Shown: positions 9,584-19,083 of the stretch, piece by piece
How the letters are laid out: each line of letters starts with the position of its first letter
Position numbering within the stretch: position 1 is the stretch's first letter
Assembly (NCBI RefSeq): GCF_022846255.1
Contig: NZ_AP025682.1
Reading direction: 5' to 3' (one strand)
Source: Escherichia coli
GTDB taxonomy: Bacteria > Pseudomonadota > Gammaproteobacteria > Enterobacterales > Enterobacteriaceae
DNA length: 64,000 nucleotides
Notes under the pieces: generated by a model
Databases searched by the model: none
Told to the model about the DNA's origin: nothing
Seen by the model: only the letters and a program-made list of their open reading frames with translations
Program-made: the position numbers and the translations under genes

Positions 9584-9988
9584 TTAGTACTTTATATAAT
9601 TCCCCCTAATCACCTCAATGATCCCCGTCGTCGATACCGACGGCGTACGGGGAAAATAGACCACCTCACAGATACACGAGAAATCGTCAAACTTCCCTGC
9701 CCAGTCATCACCCATCACCAAAATATCCGCACTGTACCCCCACAGATATTCCGCTTTCTGCGCCAGCGACTCCTCCAGAAATACGCCATCCACGCACGCC
9801 AGCCCGGCGATGATCGACATGCGGTCATCCTGATGGTAAACCGGTGCTCTGCCCTTTTTGGCGATATTTAAGGCGTCGGACGATACGCCGACCAGCAGCC
9901 GTTCGCCCAGCGTGCGGGCGCGTTGTAAAAGGCGCAGATGACCGACATGAAACACATCGAAGGTGCCGAAGGTGATGACCGTTTTCAT
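9584..9988 (-). CDS. Glycerol-3-phosphate cytidylyltransferase (TagD-like)
   Basis: MKTVITFGTFDVFHVGHLRLL contains the HxGH nucleotidyltransferase motif, ~135 aa like TagD; start overlaps the lfiJ stop (ORF track start 10021 is upstream of the likely ATG at 9988). Confidence 0.75.
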   Translation of the reverse strand: MKTVITFGTFDVFHVGHLRLLQRARTLGERLLVGVSSDALNIAKKGRAPVYHQDDRMSIIAGLACVDGVFLEESLAQKAEYLWGYSADILVMGDDWAGKFDDFSCICEVVYFPRTPSVSTTGIIEVIRGNYIKY

Positions 9989-9990
9989 GG

Positions 9991-10425
9991 CTACTCCGCT
10001 AATTTGTGCCGTAGCCAGCACTGAACGGCGATATCATCCACCGCTTTTTGCGCTTTCGCCGTGGCACTTTCATGCTGCTCGCGGCGTTTGTCATCCAGCG
10101 TCAGGGCCACCACTTTCTCTTCGCACGCCGCCGCCGTCAGGTTTTTCTGCATTCGCGTAGCCTTGATGTTAGCCAGCGTTTTTTCCTGCTCCTGCCAGGC
10201 GATCACCTTGCGTAAGGTGCCTTTGTAGCCGCTGACGTTTTTCAGCGATTCCACCGACGCCGCCGCGTCCGCAGACGTTTTCTCCACCAGGTAGCCTAAC
10301 GCTTTGATATTGTTGTCATAGCCCGCGCAGATCTGTTTTTGCTTTGCCAGTTCGACGGTTTTGTCTTTGACCGATTTATCCCGCAGGCGCTGCAACTGCG
10401 CCAGAGTGTCGATGATTTGTCGCAT
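9991..10425 (-). CDS. lfiJ: Flagellar export chaperone FliJ
   Basis: 144-aa coiled-coil-type protein immediately downstream of fliI. Confidence 0.7.
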   Translation of the reverse strand: MRQIIDTLAQLQRLRDKSVKDKTVELAKQKQICAGYDNNIKALGYLVEKTSADAAASVESLKNVSGYKGTLRKVIAWQEQEKTLANIKATRMQKNLTAAACEEKVVALTLDDKRREQHESATAKAQKAVDDIAVQCWLRHKLAE

Positions 10426-10427
10426 GG

Positions 10428-11768
10428 TTATTGCCCTTCTGCCTTTTTGCCGTTGGGAAAGAGGATTTGCAGGCGGCTTTGCACCAGTTCGAGGGAAGCG
10501 GGTTCGTGCATCTCCTGGCGCAAAAATCGCTCGATAGCCGGGAACATTTTCACCGCTTTGTCGACGCTGGCGTCGGCACCTGCCACGTAGCCCCCGAGCG
10601 GGATCAGCGGTTTGATCTCCATATAGGCGGCGTAGTTTTGTTTCATCGCACGGGCGGATTGCTGATGTTCCGGGCTGGTGACCTGGTTCATGCAGCGGCT
10701 GATCGACTGGCCGATATCAATAGCCGGATAGTGCCCCGCTTCCGCCAGTTTGCGGGTTAATACGATATGTCCGTCCAGCACTGCGCGGGCGCAGTCGACT
10801 ATTGGATCTTGCTGGTCGTCGCCTTCCGCCAGCACGGTGTAGATGGCGGTCATCGATCCTGCGCTTTCGCTGTTGCCTGCGCTCTCGACCAGTTTGGGGA
10901 TCATGCCGAATGCCGATGGCGGATAGCCTTTGGTGGCGGGCGGTTCGCCGAGTGAAAGAGCAATTTCCCGCTGAGCCATGGCGTAGCGGGTCAGGGAATC
11001 CACCAGCAGTAAAACGTGATGCCCGCGGTCGCGAAACCAGGCGGCGATGGAGTGGCACAGTTCGGTGGCTTTCAGGCGCATCAGCGGCGATTCATCGGCA
11101 GGCGCGACAACAACGATAGACTTTGCCAGCCCGTCCGCGCCCAGCGAATGGTCAATAAACTCTTTCACTTCGCGCCCGCGTTCGCCAATCAACCCGACCA
11201 CCACAATGTCGGCTTTGGTCTGGCGGGTGATCATCCCCAGCAGCACGCTTTTCCCGACGCCGCTGCCCGCCATCAGCCCGACACGCTGGCCTTTGCCGAT
11301 GGTCAGCAGGCCGTTAATCGCTTTCACGCCCACGTCCAGCGGTTCGTCCACTGAACGGCGGGTTAAGGGATTGACCGAGGGTGGCAGCGGCGGCAGAAGG
11401 TCGTTGCCGTTCAGGCGGCCTTTGCCATCCAGCGGTTCGCCGAGACCGTTAACCACGCGGCCTAACCAGCTTTCGCCAATCAGGATGTCGTGGGCTTTTT
11501 CTTCCGGGAAGACGCGTGCGCCTGCCATCAGGCCGACCGGCTGTTTAAACGGCATTAAGTAGGTGATGTCGCGATTAAAGCCCACGGCCTGCGCGTCGAT
11601 CAGCGTGTGATTGGCGCTTTCGATGCGGCACAGTTGCCCGGTCATTAGCGGGCAGCCGACGCTCTCCAGCAGAATGCCGTTCAGGCGCACCAGCCGCCCG
11701 GCGACGCGGGCCAGCGGGATCGACTCCAGCGAGCGCAGGGCGTTATCGAAAGCAGAAAAATCACTCAC
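10428..11768 (-). CDS. lfiI: Flagellum-specific ATPase FliI
   Basis: 446 aa; Walker A GSGVGKS, F1/T3SS ATPase layout. Confidence 0.9.
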   Translation of the reverse strand: MSDFSAFDNALRSLESIPLARVAGRLVRLNGILLESVGCPLMTGQLCRIESANHTLIDAQAVGFNRDITYLMPFKQPVGLMAGARVFPEEKAHDILIGESWLGRVVNGLGEPLDGKGRLNGNDLLPPLPPSVNPLTRRSVDEPLDVGVKAINGLLTIGKGQRVGLMAGSGVGKSVLLGMITRQTKADIVVVGLIGERGREVKEFIDHSLGADGLAKSIVVVAPADESPLMRLKATELCHSIAAWFRDRGHHVLLLVDSLTRYAMAQREIALSLGEPPATKGYPPSAFGMIPKLVESAGNSESAGSMTAIYTVLAEGDDQQDPIVDCARAVLDGHIVLTRKLAEAGHYPAIDIGQSISRCMNQVTSPEHQQSARAMKQNYAAYMEIKPLIPLGGYVAGADASVDKAVKMFPAIERFLRQEMHEPASLELVQSRLQILFPNGKKAEGQ

Positions 11769-12471
11769 CCTGTGACTCCGGCGTCAGCGTCTCTTGCAGC
11801 GCGGTCATGCATTGTTCAAGGCGATGCTCACAGCCGATATCCAGTTCAGATTTGTCGGTAATCACTCGGCATTCGCCTGGCGGCAGATCCGGCGAAGGCG
11901 TCAGCCCCCATTCGCTGACTTTTTCCGGCACCGCGTCGCGCAGGCGGTTAAACTCTTCTGTACTCAGCATCACTTGCAGGGTCTCCGGCATCGCCGGGAA
12001 GGCCGCCAGCGCCTCTTCCACCAGCGCCAGTAACTGCGTCGGTTGCAGCGCCAGTTCGCAGCGGATCACCTGGCGGGTGACTTTTTCCACCAGTTGCAGC
12101 AAATCTTCCCGCTGTTTGCGTTCGATATGGGCGAGAAAGTCGTTCACTTTTCCGCTGATGGCTTCCAGCGGCTGCGCCGCCTCAACAAACTGTTTGCGTC
12201 CTTCCTGCTGCCCGGCGAGGCTGCCTTCGGTGTAGCCCTGACGTCGCCCCTCGACAAAACCTTGTTGATGACCTTCGCTAAAGCCCTGCTCCTGACCTTC
12301 GGTCATTCCCTGAGCAAACCCTTTTTGCAGCCCTTCCTGAAAACCGTCCATCAACTGACGCTGGTAATCGGCGGCGCTGATACTGGCAGTAAGCGGTTCT
12401 CCGGTCACCGCACGCTGGCGCGGCGGGAAGCGGTGCAGGCGATAGCGCCCGCGCAGTGTTTCAATGGTCAT
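11761..12471 (-). CDS. lfiH: Flagellar assembly protein FliH
   Basis: 236 aa; position between fliG and fliI; Gly/Glu-rich repeat region typical of FliH. Confidence 0.75.
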   Translation of the reverse strand: MTIETLRGRYRLHRFPPRQRAVTGEPLTASISAADYQRQLMDGFQEGLQKGFAQGMTEGQEQGFSEGHQQGFVEGRRQGYTEGSLAGQQEGRKQFVEAAQPLEAISGKVNDFLAHIERKQREDLLQLVEKVTRQVIRCELALQPTQLLALVEEALAAFPAMPETLQVMLSTEEFNRLRDAVPEKVSEWGLTPSPDLPPGECRVITDKSELDIGCEHRLEQCMTALQETLTPESQGE

Positions 12472-12474
12472 GGG

Positions 12475-13485
12475 TTACTCCGCCGTCTGTTCCGCAAAGA
12501 GCTGTAGCTGAATTTCGCCCGCTTCTTCCAGCTCACGGGCGATGCCCATGATTTCGCGGCGGATCTGTTCGATACGGCTAACCGGCACCGGACCCAGACG
12601 CGCGGTGATCGCTTCCAGTTGCTGCGCCTGACGTTTTGGCATTACCGCGTAAATCGAGCGGCGCAGCAGGGCTTCGGTGCCTTTCAGCGCCACCGCCCAG
12701 TCTTCCATCGGCACTTCGTCAAGCAGACGCCGACGCACTTCTTCGTTCTGGCGGCTGAGGATAAAGAAGTCGTACATCTCATCCTGGATCTGCCCCAACA
12801 CCTCTTCGTCGCGTTCGCGCATCTGGTCGAGGATCACCTGCTGATTGCCCTGGAAGCGGTTGACGATATCCGCCGCCTGTTTGATGCCTTTTACCTTCGA
12901 GCCATGTTCCGAAAGTACCGACAGGCCACGTTCAATCAGGCGGTCCAGCTCATCCACCACGTCGCGGTTGACGTCGTTGAGTTTCGCCACCCGATAGAGT
13001 ATTTCGTTTTGCACCGATTCGTTGAGATAAGAGAGCACCGCTGCCGAGATTTCCGGCGTCAGAAACGCGAGGAACACCGCCTGCAATTGCAGATGTTCTT
13101 CGGAAATCAGCATCGCCAGCTGGCGTGGTTCTACCCATTGCAGGCGCGCCATCCGCGAGCGGATCTCATCGCCATAGATGCCGTTGATCACGCTGCTGGC
13201 GATCTCGGTGCCCAGCGCCTTGTTAAGAATGCCCTGCAACATGGAGCGCGATGCGCCGTTGATCCCGCTCTGTTCGCGGAACTCATCAAAGAAGTTATTG
13301 ATCACCTTGCGCGCCATGCTGGTTTTGACGCCGGAAAGCCGCGCCATGTTTTCGCTCAGGCGCACCACTTCTTCGCGGCTGAGTTTTTGCATCACCGTCG
13401 CCGCCGCCTCTTCGCCCAGACACAGCAACAGGATCGCCGCCTGTTCCAGGTAGCTGTTGCTCTTATTTGTTGTCAATTCGCTCAT
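12475..13485 (-). CDS. lfiG: Flagellar motor switch protein FliG
   Basis: 336 aa; size, helical composition and position between fliF and fliH. Confidence 0.85.
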   Translation of the reverse strand: MSELTTNKSNSYLEQAAILLLCLGEEAAATVMQKLSREEVVRLSENMARLSGVKTSMARKVINNFFDEFREQSGINGASRSMLQGILNKALGTEIASSVINGIYGDEIRSRMARLQWVEPRQLAMLISEEHLQLQAVFLAFLTPEISAAVLSYLNESVQNEILYRVAKLNDVNRDVVDELDRLIERGLSVLSEHGSKVKGIKQAADIVNRFQGNQQVILDQMRERDEEVLGQIQDEMYDFFILSRQNEEVRRRLLDEVPMEDWAVALKGTEALLRRSIYAVMPKRQAQQLEAITARLGPVPVSRIEQIRREIMGIARELEEAGEIQLQLFAEQTAE

Positions 13486-15109
13486 TGCTGGTGATCCATT
13501 GTCTGAGAACTTCGGCTACGCGATCGGTGTCGCTCATGGCCAGTTTTTGCAGGAACTCGAGTTTCACTTCGAGGCCAGAACTTTGTGACGGCAGGCTGTC
13601 ATCGCCGGGTAGCGACGGCAGGTCGACGTTTTTGCGCTCTTCTTCCGGCATGGCAATCCACGGTTCGCTGACGGCTTCCGGTTCTGGTGTGATAACCGGC
13701 GCACGTACCGCCGTCAGCCGTTTCATCAACGGACGCACCACGAAAAACAGCAGCAACAGCGCCAGCAGGCCGCAGCCAATCAGCCGCACCCAGGCCAGTA
13801 CGCTGTCATCTTTCCACAGTGGAATAACCGGTCCGACAGGCACCGCCTGCGGTACAAAGTTGAGTAACGATAAGGAGAGATTGTCACCACGCTGGGCGTC
13901 GATCCCGGCGGCATTGTTCAGCAGTGCGGTCAGTTGCGCAGTCTGCTCCGGCTTCCAGTTTTTCAGCACCGGGGCGTTTTGATTGAGCACCACCGCCACG
14001 TTGAGGCGTTTCACCGCAAAACCAGGATGCTGAATATGCTGGACGCTGCGGTCGTAAGAGTAATCGCGCTTGCTTTCGCTGTGTTTGGATAACGCTTCCG
14101 GCGAGCGATTTTCTTCCGTACCGTTGGTCATCTGATTCGCCGCAACCGGCGGGCGGTTGCTGAGCGAACCGGGCACGCCCATCGCCACCTGATTGGTGTC
14201 GCTGTCCAGCACGCTCTCTTCGCGGTTGATTTTCGGCGAGTCGCCGTAGTGTTCCTGGGTTTCGTCAATGGTGCTGAGATCGAGATCCGGCATCACGCTG
14301 ACGCGGTAATTCCCGCTGCCGACCAGCGAATCCAGCACGTTCGCCACGCTGGCGCGGGTTTTGTCCTGGATGTCTTTAAGGATCTGATCGCGTTTACGCG
14401 TTGCGGCAGAAACCGCCTCGCCCGCGCCGATGTCGTCGGTCAGCAGATTTCCCGCCTGATCGACGACGCTGACTTTGCTGGCGTGCAGCCCCGGAATACT
14501 ACCGGAAACCAGATGCACGATGGCGTTCACCTGGTCCATATTCAGCTTCGCGCCGTAGTGCAGGCGCACCACCACCGAGGCGCTGTTTTGCGGCTCATCG
14601 CTGACCACAAACGAACTTTCTTCGTTAAGCGCCAGATGCACCCGCGCACTCTCCACCGCGTCCAGCGACATAATGCTCTGCGCCAGCTCCCCTTCGAGGC
14701 TGCGTTTGTAGCGCACGTTCTGCACGAACTGGCTGCTGCCGAGCACTTCGTCTTTGTCCATCAGCTCGTAGCCGCTGGGCAATATCGCCTGCACGCCTTT
14801 GGCGGCAAGGGTCATGCGCGTTTTCGACAGTTCATCTTCCGGCACCAGTATCTGCCCGCTTTGCGGGTCGATGCGGTAGCTGAGCTTTTCGCCATCCAGC
14901 ACGGTGACAATCTGCGACACGGGCAGATTTTCCTGGCGTCCGTAGAGCGAAACGTAGCCGCGATTACCGGTCCACAGCACGCTGACGATAATCGCCGTCA
15001 CCGCCACGGCAAGCCCCACTCCCGCCATCAACGCCCAGCGTTTGTTATCTACGAGACGCAGTCGAAACGCCGGAAACGCCTGGGTTAACTTCTTTATTTG
15101 TGCATTCAT
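13463..15109 (-). CDS. lfiF: Flagellar MS-ring protein FliF
   Basis: 548 aa; N-terminal TM helix and overall FliF/YscJ layout. Confidence 0.85.
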   Translation of the reverse strand: MNAQIKKLTQAFPAFRLRLVDNKRWALMAGVGLAVAVTAIIVSVLWTGNRGYVSLYGRQENLPVSQIVTVLDGEKLSYRIDPQSGQILVPEDELSKTRMTLAAKGVQAILPSGYELMDKDEVLGSSQFVQNVRYKRSLEGELAQSIMSLDAVESARVHLALNEESSFVVSDEPQNSASVVVRLHYGAKLNMDQVNAIVHLVSGSIPGLHASKVSVVDQAGNLLTDDIGAGEAVSAATRKRDQILKDIQDKTRASVANVLDSLVGSGNYRVSVMPDLDLSTIDETQEHYGDSPKINREESVLDSDTNQVAMGVPGSLSNRPPVAANQMTNGTEENRSPEALSKHSESKRDYSYDRSVQHIQHPGFAVKRLNVAVVLNQNAPVLKNWKPEQTAQLTALLNNAAGIDAQRGDNLSLSLLNFVPQAVPVGPVIPLWKDDSVLAWVRLIGCGLLALLLLFFVVRPLMKRLTAVRAPVITPEPEAVSEPWIAMPEEERKNVDLPSLPGDDSLPSQSSGLEVKLEFLQKLAMSDTDRVAEVLRQWITSNERIDNK

Positions 15110-15113
15110 AGGG

Positions 15114-15455
15114 TTATATCGACATACTCATCAGGTCGTTAAACCCGGTGGCGATTTTATTGCGCACCTGCACCAGCGCGGAGAAAGAGAGCGACGCCTG
15201 CTGGCTGGCGATCATCGCACCTGCTAAATCATCACTTTTGCCCGTGTCGATAGCTGTTTGCTGCTGCTCCGCCACCTGCTGGAACTGGTCAACGTGACCG
15301 AGCGCGCCGGACATAATGCGGTTAAACGAAACGTCCGGGTCGGTGGAACTGAAGGTCATGGCGGGCAGCACCGGTGCCTGGGCGTTGGCCTGCATCCGCT
15401 GCACGTCCTGCATGATTTGCGCCTGCATGGTGCTGTTGATTGTGGTAATGCTCAT
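15114..15455 (-). CDS. lfiE: Flagellar hook-basal body protein FliE
   Basis: 113 aa; position upstream of fliF; C-terminal FNDLMSMSI-type ending. Confidence 0.75.
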   Translation of the reverse strand: MSITTINSTMQAQIMQDVQRMQANAQAPVLPAMTFSSTDPDVSFNRIMSGALGHVDQFQQVAEQQQTAIDTGKSDDLAGAMIASQQASLSFSALVQVRNKIATGFNDLMSMSI

Positions 15456-15469
15456 TTTTAACTTCCGGG

Positions 15470-16456
15470 TCAGGAGAAAACTTCGATACCGTGCTTGCGC
15501 ATGGAGGCCAGTCGATAGCGCAGTGCGCGCGGGGTAATGCCTAACAGGTCGGCAATTTTGCTGCGGTTGCCCTGATATTTACGCATCAGGTCGGCGATAT
15601 ATTGATACTGCGCACTTCGTCCGGCCTGGCCTAAATCGCTGGTTTCCGCAACAGATACGGAGGGCTGAACAGGCCATTGCAGTTCACTGTGATCGGCAAC
15701 GTCTATTTCCGGCAGGCCTAAGGCATCCGGGAAAATCACGCCGTCGCGGTTTAAAATCATTCCCCGCTGAATGGCGTTCTCCAGCTGACGCACGTTGCCG
15801 GGCCAGCGGTAATTGAGCAGCGCCCGGCGGGTAGATTCTGAAAGGGTGATATTTTTCACCAGCACCGTGGAGTATTTTTTAATAAATGACTCTGCCAATG
15901 GAATAATATCGTTCAGACGTTCACGCAGCGGCGGCATGGTAATAGGAATTACCGCCAGACGATAATAGAGATCTTCACGAAAACGCCCGGCGGCAACTTC
16001 CTGTTCAAGGTTTTTATTGGTACAGGCAATCAGGCGAAAATTGAGTTTAATTTGTCGGTTGCTGCCTAATCGCTCAACCTGTTGTTCCTGCAACACGCGT
16101 AATATTTTGGCCTGAAGCGCCAGCGGCATATCGCCAATTTCATCGAGTAATAAGGTGCCGTTATTCGCCAGTTCCATTTTTCCTGGCACGCTGGCAATTG
16201 CGCCGGTAAATGCACCTTTGTCGTAGCCAAATAAGGTAGATTCCAGCATATTTTCCGGGATCGCCGCGCAGTTCACGCCGACATAGGGTGCGCTTTCATT
16301 TTCACCAAAGGCTACGGTGTGAATATATTTTGCCACGCACTCTTTGCCCGCGCCGGTTTCGCCCTGAATGAGCACCGGCACGTTAAATGCGGCGACACGC
16401 TTTGCCAGAGTAAAAGCGTTAATGCTGGAAGCGGCAGTTGCAATAAGTTCAGACAT
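15470..16456 (-). CDS. lafK: Sigma-54-dependent transcriptional activator (LafK-like), AAA+ plus HTH only, no receiver domain
   Basis: Walker A GETGAGKE, GAFTGA sigma-54 contact motif, C-terminal HTH; only 328 aa and begins directly at the AAA+ domain. Confidence 0.8.
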   Translation of the reverse strand: MSELIATAASSINAFTLAKRVAAFNVPVLIQGETGAGKECVAKYIHTVAFGENESAPYVGVNCAAIPENMLESTLFGYDKGAFTGAIASVPGKMELANNGTLLLDEIGDMPLALQAKILRVLQEQQVERLGSNRQIKLNFRLIACTNKNLEQEVAAGRFREDLYYRLAVIPITMPPLRERLNDIIPLAESFIKKYSTVLVKNITLSESTRRALLNYRWPGNVRQLENAIQRGMILNRDGVIFPDALGLPEIDVADHSELQWPVQPSVSVAETSDLGQAGRSAQYQYIADLMRKYQGNRSKIADLLGITPRALRYRLASMRKHGIEVFS

Positions 16457-16584
16457 AGGGTGAACGATATAAGTAGCGACATTAATCAGGATGTTCTGAA
16501 GCGTATCACCGGTGGGATTAACAAGTTCGAATTAAACGATAATAAAAATATTATTTGTTTATAAACAATGAGTTATAACCGCAG

Positions 16585-16663
16585 GCCGGATAAAGCGTTT
16601 ACGCCGCATCCGGCAATCGTGCACCGGTGCCTGATGCGACGCTGCGCGTCTTATCAGGCCTAC
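16585..16663. repeat. REP elements (two units)
   Basis: gccggataaagcgtttacgccgcatccggc and gtgcctgatgcgacgctgcgcgtcttatcaggcctac. Confidence 0.7.
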
Positions 16664-16842
16664 AGTTCGTGCAATGTTTTATGACGATGCCCTATATCTC
16701 GCCCGTTAATAATTTAATTATTTTTTCACCCTATTAATAATTTGCCCCTTTCACTCCCCCTCTATTTAATACCTCACCTTGTGTCACTGCCGGATTTGCG
16801 TGCACAAAATCGCCCATACCATTACAGCAGAGAAAGTAAGCC

Positions 16843-17694
16843 ATGCTGAAGTACAGTAAAACGCCAGGCATCTTTAAATTAGAAGGTAATCGGCTCGGAC
16901 GCCCCTACCATCGCCTGCCGACCCTGTTTACGGGGAATTTTGACGTGATTGATTCGCATCTGGGCAGCTACTTTCTCAAAAAGCATCGCAGCAATATCAC
17001 CTTAAAAAAGATTGGCTGCGAAATGGATATTATTAATAAAAACGCCGAACTGATGGTTTCCCAGGTCGGGCATCTGGCGTTTGATATTGATCGCTCCTTA
17101 TTGTTAATGCTGCTGGGCAATTTTTATGGTCTGGAGTCCTCTCTCGAAGAGGCGAAAGACCATAATGGCCTGCCGACCAAAACCGAAACGCGGTTAAAAA
17201 ACCGCCTCGCGCTGGATATCTGCACGCTGATTTTTAATCTGCAAACCTCCGGTATTGCGCTGAAATTAAAGATGGACAGCAGCACGGTAATTACCCACTG
17301 GGCGTATCAATTAACCTTTACCCTTGCGGGCGATGAAGAGAGCAGCTTTCGTATTTTGCTCGACGACGCCCACACCGATTTTATTTTAAATCTGATCCGC
17401 CACAGCGAGCACAGTAAACCGCAGCAGGTGGCGAAATCGGTCAATAAACCGGCCCTGATTAAAGAAATCATCCGCTCCCTGCCGTTGACTCTGAACGTCA
17501 AAATCGCCGAGCTATCGATGAATGTCGCCGATCTGGCGCAGATAAAAGCCGGGGATATTTTACCCATTTCGCTGGGAGAAACGTTCCCGGTGGCGATTGG
17601 GCAATCTGAATTATTTAGCGCCCTGATTGTGGAAGACAAAGACAAACTGTTTTTGTCGGAGCTGGCGGGCAAGAATGAGAATAGCCATGAGTAA
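16843..17694 (+). CDS. lfiM: Flagellar motor switch protein FliM-like
   Basis: 283 aa; C-terminal SpoA-like segment GDILPISLGETFPVAIG; precedes fliN. Confidence 0.7.
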   Translation: MLKYSKTPGIFKLEGNRLGRPYHRLPTLFTGNFDVIDSHLGSYFLKKHRSNITLKKIGCEMDIINKNAELMVSQVGHLAFDIDRSLLLMLLGNFYGLESSLEEAKDHNGLPTKTETRLKNRLALDICTLIFNLQTSGIALKLKMDSSTVITHWAYQLTFTLAGDEESSFRILLDDAHTDFILNLIRHSEHSKPQQVAKSVNKPALIKEIIRSLPLTLNVKIAELSMNVADLAQIKAGDILPISLGETFPVAIGQSELFSALIVEDKDKLFLSELAGKNENSHE

Positions 17695-18058
17695 GCAAGA
17701 AGATATTTTAGCCGGGGATTTTGGCCTCACCGATGAAGTTGCGCCTGTCGCCAAATCCGCCGACGCCGAAACGCTGGTCACCCGCCTGGAAGACCGATTT
17801 TCCGACTCGATGACGCTACTGAAACGCATTCCGGTGACCTTAACGCTGGAAGTGTCGTCGGTGGAAATCATGTTAGCCGACCTGCTTAACATCGACGACG
17901 ACACGGTGATTGAACTGGATAAACTCGCCGGGGAGCCGCTGGATATTAAAGTGAACAATATCCTGCTGGGCAAAGCGGAAGTGGTGGTGGTCAACGAGAA
18001 GTACGGCCTGCGCGTGCTGGAATTTAACACCCGCGATATCAACGACCTGGCACCATGA
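17687..18058 (+). CDS. lfiN: Flagellar motor switch protein FliN
   Basis: SpoA domain (DIKVNNILLGKAEVVVVNEKYGLRVLEF); ATG at 17687 overlaps the fliM stop (ORF track starts at 17627). Confidence 0.8.
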   Translation: MSKQEDILAGDFGLTDEVAPVAKSADAETLVTRLEDRFSDSMTLLKRIPVTLTLEVSSVEIMLADLLNIDDDTVIELDKLAGEPLDIKVNNILLGKAEVVVVNEKYGLRVLEFNTRDINDLAP

Positions 18059-18807
18059 AACGCCGTACTCAACTGACGCTGGGCCTGGCGCTGCTGGCGC
18101 TCGCCCCGCTGGCGCTCGCCCAGGGCGGCGATATCGCGCTGCTTAACGTGGTGACCCACGGCAACACTCAGGAGTACAGCGTCAAAATTCAGGTACTGAT
18201 TCTGATGACCCTCGTCGGTTTGCTGCCGACGATGGTGCTGATGATGACCTGCTTTACGCGCTTTATTATCGTGCTGTCGCTGCTGCGCCAGGCGCTGGGG
18301 CTGCAACAAACGCCGCCGAACCGCATTCTGATTGGTATTGCGCTCTCACTCACCCTGCTGGTAATGCGCCCCATCTGGCTCAATATTTACGACCACGCGG
18401 TAGTGCCGTTTGAAAACGATCAGATTACCCTGACAGATGCGTTAAGCACCGCCGCGACGCCGCTGAAACGCTTTATGCTGGCGCAGACCGACAAAAAAGC
18501 GATGGCGCAAATCATGACCATCGGCGGCGCGAAGGGCAATGCCGCCGACCAGGATCTCTCCATCGTGGTGCCCGCCTATGTACTGAGCGAGCTGAAAACC
18601 GCCTTCCAGATTGGCTTTATGATTTACATCCCGTTTCTGGTTATCGACCTGATTGTCGCCAGCGTATTGATGGCGATGGGGATGATGATGCTGTCGCCGC
18701 TGATTGTTTCGCTACCCTTTAAACTGATGCTGTTTGTGCTGATTGACGGCTGGTCGCTGACCATCGGCACGCTCACCACCAGCATTCGCGGGCTGGGGCT
18801 GGGCTGA
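18055..18807 (+). CDS. lfiP: Flagellar export apparatus protein FliP
   Basis: 250 aa; signal peptide plus polytopic membrane profile of FliP. Confidence 0.85.
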   Translation: MKRRTQLTLGLALLALAPLALAQGGDIALLNVVTHGNTQEYSVKIQVLILMTLVGLLPTMVLMMTCFTRFIIVLSLLRQALGLQQTPPNRILIGIALSLTLLVMRPIWLNIYDHAVVPFENDQITLTDALSTAATPLKRFMLAQTDKKAMAQIMTIGGAKGNAADQDLSIVVPAYVLSELKTAFQIGFMIYIPFLVIDLIVASVLMAMGMMMLSPLIVSLPFKLMLFVLIDGWSLTIGTLTTSIRGLGLG

Positions 18808-18809
18808 TT

Positions 18810-19082
18810 ATGTTGACCGTAGACGTAGCCGCCGACATTGTCGCCAGCGGCATTAAAGTAGTGATTTTGCTGGTTTCGGTACTGGTGGTGCCAAGCCTGC
18901 TGGTCGGCCTGCTGGTGAGCGTGTTCCAGGCGGTGACGCAGATTAACGAACAGACCCTGAGCTTTTTGCCAAGGCTGATTGTCACGCTGGTGGTGCTGGG
19001 CATGTGCGGCAAATGGATGATTATCCAGTTGCATGATCTCTGCATTCACCTGTTTACCCAGGCCGCGTTGCTGGTTCATTGA
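18810..19082 (+). CDS. lfiQ: Flagellar export apparatus protein FliQ
   Basis: 90-aa two-helix membrane protein between fliP and fliR. Confidence 0.85.
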   Translation: MLTVDVAADIVASGIKVVILLVSVLVVPSLLVGLLVSVFQAVTQINEQTLSFLPRLIVTLVVLGMCGKWMIIQLHDLCIHLFTQAALLVH

Positions 19083-19083
19083 G

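Noticed and set aside
12619-13494. 291-aa plus-strand ORF (and 14249-15088, 11807-12235, 13178-13453)
   Set aside because: Antisense to fliG/fliF/fliH coding sequence; His/Arg-rich low-complexity translation typical of a wrong frame
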